DNA of 64,000 nucleotides from Myxococcota bacterium (GCA_965223415.1 OZ245002.1:704001-768000); one strand, 5' to 3'; shown: positions 27,365 through 37,482, numbered from the stretch's first letter. The notes: generated by a model not told the origin, from the sequence alone. Translations and numbers: made by a program.

Positions 27365-29545
27365 ATGCGGAGGTGGCTGCGTCGCATCCTCTGGACCGGC
27401 TCGGGGCTGGTCCTCGCCCCGCTGCTGGTCGCCGGCGCGGGCCTCTTCCTGTTCTGGCTCGCGGGGCGCGGCGGTGCGCCGGCGGATGGCGGCGAGCCGA
27501 CCCGCGCGCGCATTCCGGACGCCGTGCGGGCCGAGCGCGCCGCGGCCCTGGCGGCGAGCGGCGTCGCGCGTCCGGAGGACAAGCAGATCCTGTTCGGCGA
27601 TCTCCACGTCCACAGCCAGTTCTCCTTCGACGCGCGGGTCTTCGGCTTGCCGGCGCTGGGGGGCGAGCTGGCCCATCCGCCCGCCGACGCCTGCGATTTC
27701 GCGCGCTTCTGCGCCGGACTCGACTTCTGGAGCATCAACGACCATGCGGAGGCGATGCACCCGGAACAGTGGCGGGAGACCCGCGAGATGATCCGCGAGT
27801 GCAACGCCGTCGCCGGGCCCGCGGAGGATCCGGACGTGGTGGCCTTCCTCGGCTGGGAGTGGAGCCAGGGCGGGCTCAGCGCCGAGAGCCACTACGGCCA
27901 CCGCAACGTGGTGCTGCGAGACACGGAAGAAGGCCGTGTGCCGGTCCGGCCCATCGCCTCGAGCCGCTTCAACCCGTGGGGCCTCATGGGCGTCTTCGTC
28001 GCCGCCGCGGACCCGGACCCGACCCACGACTACGCCGCCTATCATCGCGCGCTGTGGCAGGGGCTCACCCTGCGGAGCTGCCCGGAAGGCGTACCGGTGC
28101 GGGAGCTACCGTGGGACTGCGCCGAGATCGTCGCCACGCCGGACCTCCTGTTCGAGAAGCTCGACGACTGGGGGTTCCCGAGCCTCGTCATCCCCCACGG
28201 CCTCTCCTGGGGAACGACCAACCCGCCAGGCGCGCGCCTCGACCACCAGCTCGGAGCGATGCACGACCCGGCGCGCCAACGCCTGCTCGAGGTGTACTCG
28301 GGCCACGGCAACTCGGAAGTGTGGGCGGACGTGCGTCACATCGCCTACGACGCGGCCGGAGAGCCGCTCTGTCCGGAGCCCCGGCAGGGCTTCACGCCCT
28401 GCTGCTGGCAGGCCGGGGAGCTGGCCCGAAGGGAGTGCGCCGAGCCCGGCTCCGCGGCCTGCGAGGCGAGCGTGGCCCAGGCCCGGCGCGACGCCCTCGG
28501 CGGCTTTCCCTTCGGCGACGTCGGCACGCGGCGCGAGGGCGCCACCCTCGAGGACTGGGGCAGCTGCGGCCAGCTCGAAGACGCCTTCCTGCCCGCCTTC
28601 TCGTACCGGCCGCGCCAATCCGTCCAGTACGGGCTCGCCCTCGCCACGGATCAGGAGAACGGCCGGCTCCGCTTCGGGCTGATCGGGTCGAGCGACAACC
28701 ACCGGGCGCGGCCCGGCTCCAGCTACAAGGAGCTCGGCCTCGGCGCAATGAGCGACGGCAACCGCCCGACGCCGACCTGGGCCCGCGATCGCGAAGACCT
28801 TCGCGCCCGGATCGCGGGCATCGCCTCGGGGGTGAGCCGAGGCGACAGCTTCTACTACACCGGCGGGCTCGCCGCCGTGCACGCGCCGGGCCGGGACCGG
28901 GGCGCGATCTTCGAGGCGCTCCAGCGCCGGGAGACCTACGGCACCTCCGGTCCCCGCATCCAGCTCTGGTTCGACCTGCTCGGGGACGACGACGTGCGTC
29001 ATCCGATGGGCTCGGAGCTCTCGGTAAGGGGCATCCCCCGCTTCGAGGTGCGCGCCGCCGGCGCTCACGTGGAGCGGCCCGGCTGCCCGAGCTGGGTGAG
29101 CGAGCGCCTGGGCCGGGCAGAGCTCGCGCGGCTGTGCCTGGGCGAGTGCCACCACCCGGGCAGCGAGCGAATCCCGATCGACCGCATCGAAGTCGTGCGC
29201 ATCGTGCCGGGCGTACGCCCCGGCGGCGACTTCGACGCGGCCATCGAGGACCCCTGGCGCGTCTTCCCCTGCAGCGGCGACGGAGAAGGCTGCCGGGTGA
29301 CCTTCGAGGACCCGGCCTTCGGGGAGGCCCCGGAGGTCGTCTACTACGCGAGGGCCCTCCAGGCGCCGACGCCGGCCATCAACGGCGATCCGCTCTCCTG
29401 CGAGCGCGACGCCCTGGGGCGCTGCGTCCGGGCGCGGCCCTGCCGCTCCCGGGGCTACGACCAGCCCGTTCCCGAGGAGTGCATCGCACCGGTCCGGGAG
29501 CGTGCTTGGTCATCGCCGATCTTCGTCATGCGCGAGGGCGCCTAG
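27365..29545 (+). CDS. DUF3604 domain protein (PHP-like metal-binding), N-terminal membrane anchor
   Basis: FGDLHVHS, DFWSINDHAE, GWEWSQ, HRNVV, IPHG, EVYSGHGNSE, GSSDNH, YGTSGPRI, ERAWSSPIF. Confidence 0.88.
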   Translation: MRRWLRRILWTGSGLVLAPLLVAGAGLFLFWLAGRGGAPADGGEPTRARIPDAVRAERAAALAASGVARPEDKQILFGDLHVHSQFSFDARVFGLPALGGELAHPPADACDFARFCAGLDFWSINDHAEAMHPEQWRETREMIRECNAVAGPAEDPDVVAFLGWEWSQGGLSAESHYGHRNVVLRDTEEGRVPVRPIASSRFNPWGLMGVFVAAADPDPTHDYAAYHRALWQGLTLRSCPEGVPVRELPWDCAEIVATPDLLFEKLDDWGFPSLVIPHGLSWGTTNPPGARLDHQLGAMHDPARQRLLEVYSGHGNSEVWADVRHIAYDAAGEPLCPEPRQGFTPCCWQAGELARRECAEPGSAACEASVAQARRDALGGFPFGDVGTRREGATLEDWGSCGQLEDAFLPAFSYRPRQSVQYGLALATDQENGRLRFGLIGSSDNHRARPGSSYKELGLGAMSDGNRPTPTWARDREDLRARIAGIASGVSRGDSFYYTGGLAAVHAPGRDRGAIFEALQRRETYGTSGPRIQLWFDLLGDDDVRHPMGSELSVRGIPRFEVRAAGAHVERPGCPSWVSERLGRAELARLCLGECHHPGSERIPIDRIEVVRIVPGVRPGGDFDAAIEDPWRVFPCSGDGEGCRVTFEDPAFGEAPEVVYYARALQAPTPAINGDPLSCERDALGRCVRARPCRSRGYDQPVPEECIAPVRERAWSSPIFVMREGA

Positions 29546-29546
29546 C

Positions 29547-30200
<654 letters not shown>

Positions 30201-30233
30201 GCTACCCTCCGGGCATTCCCGGAAGGAGCGGCC

Positions 30234-30764
30234 ATGGGCATCCATCATCTCGCCTTCGCCACCCGCGACCTCGAGGCCACCCACGACTTCTACACGAAGG
30301 CGATGGGCTTCGATCTCCTCAAGGTCGAGATGGGCAAGATCGGCAAGGGCTGGGCCAAGCACGTCTTCTACGGCACCGGCTCCGCCCGCGACCAGCTGAT
30401 CGCCTTCTGGGACCTGCACGAGCAGGAGCTGCCCGAAGACTGGTCGGCGGACATCGGCCTCGGCCTCCCGCCCGGCGTGAACCACCTGGCCTTCTCCGCC
30501 GAAGGCCTGGACGACCTCGCCAGCTGCCGGGACCGCTGGCTGCGCTACGGCGTCGACGTGCTGGAGATCGACCACCGCTGGTGCCGGTCGATCTACACCC
30601 GGGACCCCAACGGCTGGATGGTCGAGTTCTGCACCCTCACCCGCGACCTCACCGACGCCGACCGGGAGCAGGCCCATCACCTCCTCACCCTCGACGACCC
30701 CACCGGCCACCTGAACCCCCCGAAATCCCAGACCCTCTACAAAGCCGCCGACTTCCAACCCTGA
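30234..30764 (+). CDS. VOC/glyoxalase family protein
   Basis: GIHHLAF, NHLAF, SIYTRDPNGWMVEF. Confidence 0.9.
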   Translation: MGIHHLAFATRDLEATHDFYTKAMGFDLLKVEMGKIGKGWAKHVFYGTGSARDQLIAFWDLHEQELPEDWSADIGLGLPPGVNHLAFSAEGLDDLASCRDRWLRYGVDVLEIDHRWCRSIYTRDPNGWMVEFCTLTRDLTDADREQAHHLLTLDDPTGHLNPPKSQTLYKAADFQP

Positions 30765-30791
30765 TGTTAAGTTAGGGGCCGGTTCCGTTTG

Positions 30792-31691
30792 TTAAGATGC
30801 TTCCGGGACTTCGCGGCTCTGGAGCCAGGCTTCGAGCATGTGGTTGACGGTCTCGGGGGCCTCCTGCTGGACCCAGTGGGAGATGCCGGGTAGATAGCGG
30901 ACGGTGAGGTCGCTCACGTAGCGCTCGGTGCCATAGGTGAGTTCCTTTCCGAGCGCCGGATCGTTCTCGCCCCAGATCATGAGCGTCGGCGTGTCGATCT
31001 TGGGCAGCTCCTCGTCGTCGACGAAGCCACGGCCGGCGGCGCGATACCAGTCGATCATCGCCTTCATGCCGCCGGGGCGCAGCGCGTTCTGGCGGTAGAC
31101 CTGGATCAGCTCGTCGGGGAAGCGGCTCGCGTCCATGCCGGGCTGGCGGAAGGCCCGCTCCAGGATCACCGCATCCCGGCGCGTGAGCGCCCACTCGGGA
31201 AGCCGCGGAATCTGGAAGAAGACCGCATACCAGGAGCGGAGCTTCTGCCTCCACCCCTTGCGCAGCCCCTCCTGGAAGCAGGTCGGGTGGGGCACGTTCA
31301 TGATGACGAGCCGGTCGAGGCGCCGGATGCGCCGCGCCGCGAAGGTCCACGCCACGATCGCGCCCCAATCGTGGGCGAGCAGCACGACCTCGTCGGCGTC
31401 GGCAGCGTCGATCAGGTGCGCCACGTCCCCGATCAGGCACTCGATGCCGTAGGCGGCCTGCTCGGTGAAGATCGGGGACGCGCCGTAGCCGCGCTGGTTC
31501 GGTGCCCACACCTTGAACCCGAGACTTGCGAGGAGCGGCATCTGCCAGCGCCAGGAGACCGCGTGCTCGGGGAAGCCGTGCAGGCACAGGGCCAGCCTCC
31601 GGCTCGCGGGATCCCCCGCGGTGTGCACCTCGAAGCGCAGGCCGCCGGCCTCGACGAACTCGACCCGGACGCCCTCTCCCAACACGCTCAT
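30792..31691 (-). CDS. Alpha/beta hydrolase, epoxide hydrolase-like
   Basis: LHGFPE, RGYGAS, AHDWGA, WGENDPAL, SHWVQQE; ATG 31691 overlaps CYTH stop. Confidence 0.92.
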   Translation of the reverse strand: MSVLGEGVRVEFVEAGGLRFEVHTAGDPASRRLALCLHGFPEHAVSWRWQMPLLASLGFKVWAPNQRGYGASPIFTEQAAYGIECLIGDVAHLIDAADADEVVLLAHDWGAIVAWTFAARRIRRLDRLVIMNVPHPTCFQEGLRKGWRQKLRSWYAVFFQIPRLPEWALTRRDAVILERAFRQPGMDASRFPDELIQVYRQNALRPGGMKAMIDWYRAAGRGFVDDEELPKIDTPTLMIWGENDPALGKELTYGTERYVSDLTVRYLPGISHWVQQEAPETVNHMLEAWLQSREVPEAS

Positions 31692-32209
31692 TGCCCGCCC
31701 TCCTCCATCGCCTCGTAGGACGTCTGGATCAGATCCTCGCTGGACACACCCAGCTGCTTCATCAACCGATCGACCTTCGCGCGCTCCCCCGCCTCCGCCT
31801 CGGGAGAGGCGTCGAACACCGCCTCCAGCTCGAGGAAGGTGCCGAGGCCGTCGACTCGGTCGAGGTGGATGCGGACGTTGTCCACGAGGGCGATCTCCCG
31901 CTCCTTCCGCACCACCTTGTGCACGCCGAGCAGCTCGCCGAGGAGCCGCCGCAGCTCGGCGGGCTCCGGGACCGGCACGACCTGGTAGTCCGAACGCTTC
32001 GGTCCGGGGCGGTCCGGACGCAGGTAGGGAATGAGCTGTCCGCCGCCCCGGGACGACTCGCGCAGCTTGAGCCGCCCCTCGCGCGTGCGGAAGTAGGTAT
32101 CCACCTGCCGCTCCGAGCCCACCCACTCGCTGGCGAGCGCCTTCGCCCGGCGCCGGGCCGCCTCCAGGTCGGCACAGCGCGCCTTGATCTCGATGTTGGC
32201 CGTGGGCAT
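31688..32209 (-). CDS. CYTH domain protein (class IV adenylate cyclase-like / triphosphate tunnel enzyme)
   Basis: NIEIKA (ExExK), QVDTYF, RLKLRE, VRKERE, IHLDRVDGLGTFLELE, SY. Confidence 0.9.
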   Translation of the reverse strand: MPTANIEIKARCADLEAARRRAKALASEWVGSERQVDTYFRTREGRLKLRESSRGGGQLIPYLRPDRPGPKRSDYQVVPVPEPAELRRLLGELLGVHKVVRKEREIALVDNVRIHLDRVDGLGTFLELEAVFDASPEAEAGERAKVDRLMKQLGVSSEDLIQTSYEAMEEGGQ

Positions 32210-32246
32210 CCTGCGCGGGGTATACCGCAGGCCAGGAGGACCCAGC

Positions 32247-32600
32247 ATGCAGAGCCAGGCGACGACCGTCGGTGCCTACCTCAAGGAGCAGCCCCCGGAC
32301 CGCAGCAAGGCGCTCCGCACCATCCGGGGATGGGTGAAAGAGGAGCTGCCGGGCGCGAAGGAGACCATGGCCATGAAGATGCCGACCTGGGAGCTGGGCG
32401 GCGTCCCCGCCGTGTGCCTGGCGGCCCAGAAGCAATACCTGGCGCTCTACGTGTGCGAGACCGACATTCTGGCCCGCCACCGCAAGGCCTTCTCCCACCT
32501 GAACCTGGGTAAGAGCTGCATCCGCTTCAGGGCGCTCGGCGACCTGCCCGAGAAGAACGTGCGCAAGGTGCTGCGGGAGACGAGGAAGGCGCTGGGCTAG
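32247..32600 (+). CDS. DUF1801/YdhG-like protein
   Basis: MQSQATTVGAYL, AAQKQYLALY, GKSCIRF. Confidence 0.82.
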   Translation: MQSQATTVGAYLKEQPPDRSKALRTIRGWVKEELPGAKETMAMKMPTWELGGVPAVCLAAQKQYLALYVCETDILARHRKAFSHLNLGKSCIRFRALGDLPEKNVRKVLRETRKALG

Positions 32601-34095
32601 AGCCCGTCGTCGTGTCCCGCGTTCAGCCCCGGCGGCGTCCACGCGATGACCGGGCGCGGCTCCAGCACCGGTGGACCGAGCTCCGGCGTGGACAGCAGAT
32701 AGAGCCCGTCGTTCGTCGCGAGCCAGATCAGGCGCCGATCCCATTCGACGAAGACCGAGTCCGCGCTGCGCTCGTGGCTCGCGGGGTTGTCCAGGCGACC
32801 TCCCTGGCGCGGCACGAACCAGGCGACGATCTCGGACTCGACGGATCGCTGATGTCGAAGCCCTGGAGGCCGCCGTTGAAGTAGGTGTAGAGCGTGAAGT
32901 CCGGGTGGGGTCGACCGGGCGCTTTCAGGTGGGGAGCGTTGTGGGGGCCGAAGCGTCCCCGTTTCGCACAGAAGTCGTCGTAGGGAGCCTCCTCCGGCGG
33001 CACCGGTCGGGGAAGCGCCGCGATCGCGCTCGGCGTCGTCGGATCACTCACGTCGATGATCCACGAGTCGTGCCACTCCTCCTGGCACTCCGTCGCCATC
33101 GACTCGGGGCTGGTGATCACAAAGCCGAGGTCCAGCCGCGCCACGTCGACGGTGTGGTGCGGCATCATCGGGCCCCTTCGGTACTCCGGCGTGTCCCAAC
33201 GCCCGACGAGGGCCGGCCTCATCGGATCCGACAGGTCGTGGATCAGGACGCCAAAGGCCCCCCACCCTCCGAATCCGTAGCGACCTCCGCGCTCGATCGG
33301 CACCGGGACGTACTCCGGGCCGTGGAAGGTGTCGTAAGCCAGGGGGTCGCCCCGCGATCGCCACCGGCTCCGGGCCTCGGTCTCGTCCCGCTTCTGGCCC
33401 GGAACCCACCAGCTCGAGAGGAGCCGCGGCGCGTCCAGATTCCCGACATCCACGACCTGAAGGGATCGGGAGTACTCGACAGCGTCGTACCCGCGCTCGG
33501 GAAAGCGCGCATCCTCGTTCGCGACGCCCAGGTAGGCGTAGCGGCCACCGTCCCACCAGTCGCGGTGGGTTCCGCTCCCCGTCTGGAAGATCCGGGAGGG
33601 ATCGCCTCCGTCGGCGCTGTAGGTCGAGATCTCCCGCACGTCGGTCGGGTCGGTGACGTCGAGGAAGCGGACCCCCCGCGGGCCGGGCGCCCAGGTCGCG
33701 GGCGCGCCGAACGTCGTCATCGACTCCATGAGCACCCAACGCTCCGAGGCCGCGTGGTAGGCCAGGTTGATCGAGAAGCCGAAGAACGCGTCCTCGCCGA
33801 CGACGACCGGGCGCAGCGGGTCCGAGACGTCCAGGATCTGCCCCCTTGCCCGGAGGAAGTCCCACTCCTCCCCGGGAAAGGTCAACTGGAAGAGGTAGCG
33901 GCGGCTGTCCGACGCCATCATCTGCATCTTCCCGGGCCGGTTCGACCCGGGGAAGTGGTGAGCCAGCAGCTCCATCCGGTGGGCGTAGGAGCGGCGGTCC
34001 AGATCGGGGAGGGTGCCCGGAGGCACCATGGGCTCCGCCCCGGAGCAGGCGGTCCATGCGAGAAACAGCAGGGCGCTGCACCGGTCATTTCGCAT
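32597..34095 (-). pseudogene. LVIVD-repeat beta-propeller lipoprotein with a single frameshift near 32834
   Basis: Lipobox-like AWTAC; repeats ILDVSDP, FLDVTDP, IHDLSDP, IIDVSDP, GRFGPHN, YFNGGLQGFDISDP; natural continuation EIVAWFVP...WDRRLIWLATNDGLYLL is in the other frame (32597..32833). Confidence 0.8.
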
Positions 34096-34402
34096 GATCG
34101 GCCATCGCGGAAAGCGTCGCGCGCATGCGTTCTTCAGCGGCGTCGGCACCCGTCGCCTCCAGCACGCCGGCGTTGTTCACCAGGACGCGGAGGCCCGCGG
34201 GCAGGTCGATCGTAGCGGGATCTTCCACGTCCAGGCGCGCGACCCGGAGACGGCCCCCGGCGTGGCTCTCCAGATCGCCGGCAGCGCCGGGATCGCGCAT
34301 GGTCGCGACCACGTCGAAGCCGCGCCGCGAGAGCTCGAGCGCCGTGGCACGGCCGAGGCCGCGGCTGGCGCCGGTGACGAGGGCCGTTCCGCGGGGCTCC
34401 AT
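34085..34402 (-). pseudogene. Truncated, probably internally deleted short-chain dehydrogenase
   Basis: ALVTGASRGLG, VVATMR, RLDV, LVNNAG present; only 105 aa, no catalytic S/YxxxK. Confidence 0.75.
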
Positions 34403-34412
34403 GGGCTCCTCC

Positions 34413-35015
34413 TCAGAGCAGCGTGCACAGCTCCCCCAGCCCCGCGAGGGTGACGTCGCCCGAGATCCCCAGCCCGGCGAAGCGGGCCCCCGCAGCCTGC
34501 GCCGCATCCCGGTCGAAGACCGAGTCGCCCACCACGAGTGTGCGAACGGGAGCAACGCCGAGCCGCGCCGCCGCGTGGAGCACCATGTCCGGAGCCGGCT
34601 TGGCGTGGGGAACGTCGGTGCCGCCGACGACCAGGTCCGGCGTGGCCCCGGCGCGAGCGACGAGCTCGCCGGCCAGGGGATTGGGGGTATTGGTGATCAC
34701 GGCGCTCGGAAGGCCCCGCTCGGCGAGACGGCGGAACACCGCCGGGACCTCCGGAGCGATCTCGAGGTGGGCGAGGTGATCGGCGAAGTGCCCGTGGTAG
34801 AAGGCCTCGATCTCCTCGATGCCGTGATCCGGGAAGAAGCCCTCCCGATCCGCCGCGACCCCCTGCCCCCAGGCGGCGCGGAAGGCCTCTGCCGAAATGG
34901 CCGGATAGCCCCATTGCGCGCAGGCGTCGTTCATCAGGGCGAACCAGACGGAGTAGGAGTCGATCAGGACGCCGTCGAGATCGAACAGCACGGCGGCGAC
35001 ATCCGGAGCCGGCAC
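34413..35015 (-). CDS. HAD family phosphatase (Gph-like)
   Basis: LFDLDGVLIDS, VITN, KPAPD, VGDSVFD. Confidence 0.92.
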   Translation of the reverse strand: MPAPDVAAVLFDLDGVLIDSYSVWFALMNDACAQWGYPAISAEAFRAAWGQGVAADREGFFPDHGIEEIEAFYHGHFADHLAHLEIAPEVPAVFRRLAERGLPSAVITNTPNPLAGELVARAGATPDLVVGGTDVPHAKPAPDMVLHAAARLGVAPVRTLVVGDSVFDRDAAQAAGARFAGLGISGDVTLAGLGELCTLL

Positions 35016-35036
35016 CGCCGCAGCATAGGCCGCGAA

Positions 35037-35140
35037 CGCAGGCTGGACACTGCGGGCTGCAGCGCCGAACCTGCACCCTCCACCCGCCCGGCGCCCGCTC
35101 GGCGCCGTAGGCCCTCGCGAAGGATGGCACGCCCCTTGCT
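35037..35140 (+). promoter_or_regulatory. Sigma54 promoter (TGGCAC-N5-TTGCT, 35125-35140) with tandem palindromic upstream sites CGCAG-N8-CTGCG (35037-35054) and TGCAG-N8-CTGCA (35058-35075)
   Basis: Consensus -24/-12 match; two palindromes 21 bp apart; shared with the paralog locus at 23238. Confidence 0.78.
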
Positions 35141-35153
35141 CCCTTCCCTACCC

Positions 35154-36119
35154 ATGTCCGCTCGACTCGCCCTCGCGACCGGCCTCGCGCTCGGCCTGCT
35201 GGGCGTCTCGCCCCCGGCCCTCGCGGAGCGCTGGGAGGAGGCGCTGCCGGCCGGCCCCGGCGGAACCGTCGAGGTGGAGCTCGACCTCGGCGACGGCCTG
35301 CGGCCGGACCCAGGCAGCCTTTCCCTGCGCGGCCACCAGGTGGACGAGGTGCGCGTCGCCGTCGAGACCGACGGCTGGGGGAGCTGGGGGGTCGAGCCGG
35401 AGCTGGCCGTCGTGGGCGGTCGGATCCGGGTCGAGGTGCGGGTGACCGGCGCCACCTCCTGGATGTTCGGCGGCCCGAACGTGCGCGTGCGCATCTGGGT
35501 CCCGGAGAAGACCTCCCTCGACCTGCGGTCCGGAGGCGGGCCGGTACGGATCGAGGACCTCGTCGGATCGGTGCGCGTGCGGACTCGGGACGCCGGCGCC
35601 GAGATCCGGGGCGTCGAAGGGCCGGTGAAGCTGCGCGTGCAGGACGGCGACGCGGAGCTCGAGGAGATCCGCGGCGATCTCGACGTCAGCAGCACCGACG
35701 GAGCGATCCACGCGGTGTGGGTTTCCGGCGACGTCGAGGCGCGAACCACCGACGGCGCGATCCGGCTCGAGCACGTGGGCGGCCGGGCCGTCGCCAAGAC
35801 CCTGGCCGGAGACGTCGAGGTCTCCGGGGTGGGCGGGCCGGTCGAGGCCCGCACCGAGGCGGGGCAGCTCCGAGTCGCCTTCGTCGGCGCCCCGGAAGGC
35901 TCGCTCCTGGTGGAGCGCGGGAACATCGACGTCCAGCTCCCGGCGAACGCCGGGGCCGAGCTGGATGCGGCGGTCACCCGCGGCGAGGTGGAGATCGCGG
36001 GGGGGCTGATTCCGAACGGAGACGTGGGAGCGAGCCACGCACGGGGCACCCTGGGCACCGGCGGGGGAAGGCTCGTGCTTCGCAGCTCGAGAGGTTGGAT
36101 CCGCGTGAGCGGACGTTAG
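35154..36119 (+). CDS. DUF4097 (Toastrack) beta-repeat protein, secreted
   Basis: Signal peptide; GWGSW and WMFGGP segments matching the 23238 paralog; TTDGAI repeats; ends LRSSRGWIRV. Confidence 0.85.
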   Translation: MSARLALATGLALGLLGVSPPALAERWEEALPAGPGGTVEVELDLGDGLRPDPGSLSLRGHQVDEVRVAVETDGWGSWGVEPELAVVGGRIRVEVRVTGATSWMFGGPNVRVRIWVPEKTSLDLRSGGGPVRIEDLVGSVRVRTRDAGAEIRGVEGPVKLRVQDGDAELEEIRGDLDVSSTDGAIHAVWVSGDVEARTTDGAIRLEHVGGRAVAKTLAGDVEVSGVGGPVEARTEAGQLRVAFVGAPEGSLLVERGNIDVQLPANAGAELDAAVTRGEVEIAGGLIPNGDVGASHARGTLGTGGGRLVLRSSRGWIRVSGR

Positions 36120-36135
36120 GCGAGAGGAAGAAGTG

Positions 36136-37008
36136 ATGAAGAACGAGATGACGACGCTGCTGGCCCTCTTCCTCGCCGGGGCCCTCGCCCTGCCCTACGC
36201 CGCCGGAGCGGAGGACCTGGAGGCCACCATCCCCATGGCGCCGGGAGGCAAGCTCAAGATCGACCTGCCGGGCGGCCGCATCGAGGTGGACAGCCACGAC
36301 GAGCCGATCGTCGAGCTCGACGGCTTCGCGAGCGGACGCTTCCACTTCAGCGTCGATGAGAGCGACGACCAGGTGGTGGTCACCGGTCGCAGCGAGGGCT
36401 TCCTGCCCTGGTTCCTCGGGCGGGTCCAGCTCCACGCCCGGGTGCCGACCCGCTTCCACCTGGACCTGGAGACGGCCGGCGGCCGCATCGACATCCAGGA
36501 CATCGAGGGCGACGTCAAGGCCCACACCAGCGGCGGCCGCATCGAGCTGGAGGAGATCGCTGGCCAGGTCGACGTTCACACCTCCGGTGGACGCATCCAG
36601 GCCCAGGAGATCCGCGGCGATCTCGACGCCGAGACCAGCGGCGGCGGGATCCACCTCTCGGAGATCGAAGGGGACGTGGACGTGCGCACCAGCGGGGGGA
36701 GCATCCGCGTGCGCGAGGCGACCGGCGAGGTGAAGGCGCGCACCAGCGGCGGCCCCATCGAGGTGCGCTTCCTCGGTGCGCCGGAGGGCGACCTCGAGAC
36801 CTCCGGCGGCTCGGTCGAGGTGGAGGTTCCCGAGGGTCAGGGCTTCGACCTCCACGCGGAGACCTCCGGCGGTCGGGTCGAGCTCGACCGGGAGCTCCAC
36901 TTCGACGGCGAGAGCGAGCGCTCCGAGATGGACGGCGAGGTCGACGGCGGGGGCCCGAGCCTCGACGTGAAGACGTCGGGCGGCAACATCCGCATCCGCG
37001 TTCGCTAG
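36136..37008 (+). CDS. DUF4097 (Toastrack) beta-repeat protein, secreted
   Basis: Signal peptide; regular TSGGxI repeats every 19 aa; ends KTSGGNIRIR. Confidence 0.9.
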   Translation: MKNEMTTLLALFLAGALALPYAAGAEDLEATIPMAPGGKLKIDLPGGRIEVDSHDEPIVELDGFASGRFHFSVDESDDQVVVTGRSEGFLPWFLGRVQLHARVPTRFHLDLETAGGRIDIQDIEGDVKAHTSGGRIELEEIAGQVDVHTSGGRIQAQEIRGDLDAETSGGGIHLSEIEGDVDVRTSGGSIRVREATGEVKARTSGGPIEVRFLGAPEGDLETSGGSVEVEVPEGQGFDLHAETSGGRVELDRELHFDGESERSEMDGEVDGGGPSLDVKTSGGNIRIRVR

Positions 37009-37023
37009 GGAATCGGCCCCCGG

Positions 37024-37398
37024 CTACTCGACGCGGGTCTCCGGCTCCTGCGCCGCGCTTCGCGATCCGGCGCCGTGGTTGCGCAGGAGCCACGTCTGCC
37101 AGGTGTTGCACTGCCGGGAGCGCGCCCACACCCAGTCCGTACGGGCCTCGCACTCGGCCTCGGACGCAGCGACGCGGCCACCCGGCTCGCAGGCGGCGAG
37201 GAACGAGTAGGCCCAGGGATCGAAGGCGTAGTCGCCACACGGGTGCTGCTTCAGCACCGTGTTGGCATCGATCCGGATGTTCCAGTCCCGCGCCCAGGCG
37301 GCCCGGAGCTCGTCGAGCGGCGCTTCCGCCGCGGCCGCGGCGGGCAGGGCCAGGACGAGGGTGAGAAGGGGAATGGGTGAAGGGATCGCGGCGCGCAC
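37024..37398 (-). CDS. Small exported hypothetical protein with 4 Cys
   Basis: Signal peptide LLTLVLALPAAAAA; Trp/Cys-rich mature part; TAGGGT 6 nt before the GTG. Confidence 0.7.
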   Translation of the reverse strand: MRAAIPSPIPLLTLVLALPAAAAAEAPLDELRAAWARDWNIRIDANTVLKQHPCGDYAFDPWAYSFLAACEPGGRVAASEAECEARTDWVWARSRQCNTWQTWLLRNHGAGSRSAAQEPETRVE

Positions 37399-37482
37399 CC
37401 CCAGACCCTAGCGCCTCGATCCCGCCGACGGCGGACGGCCTGGGGTACTCTTCGCCGGCGCCCCGGGCGCCAGGGGGAGGGT

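Noticed and set aside
30751..30772. dif-like site (ACTTCC...ATGTTAAGT)
   Set aside because: The arms are about 6 bp too close for a 28-bp XerC/XerD site, and the left part lies in coding sequence
36470..36990. 57-bp periodic ACCAGCGGCGGC-like DNA repeats
   Set aside because: They encode the TSGG repeats of the DUF4097 beta-solenoid and are not an independent DNA element
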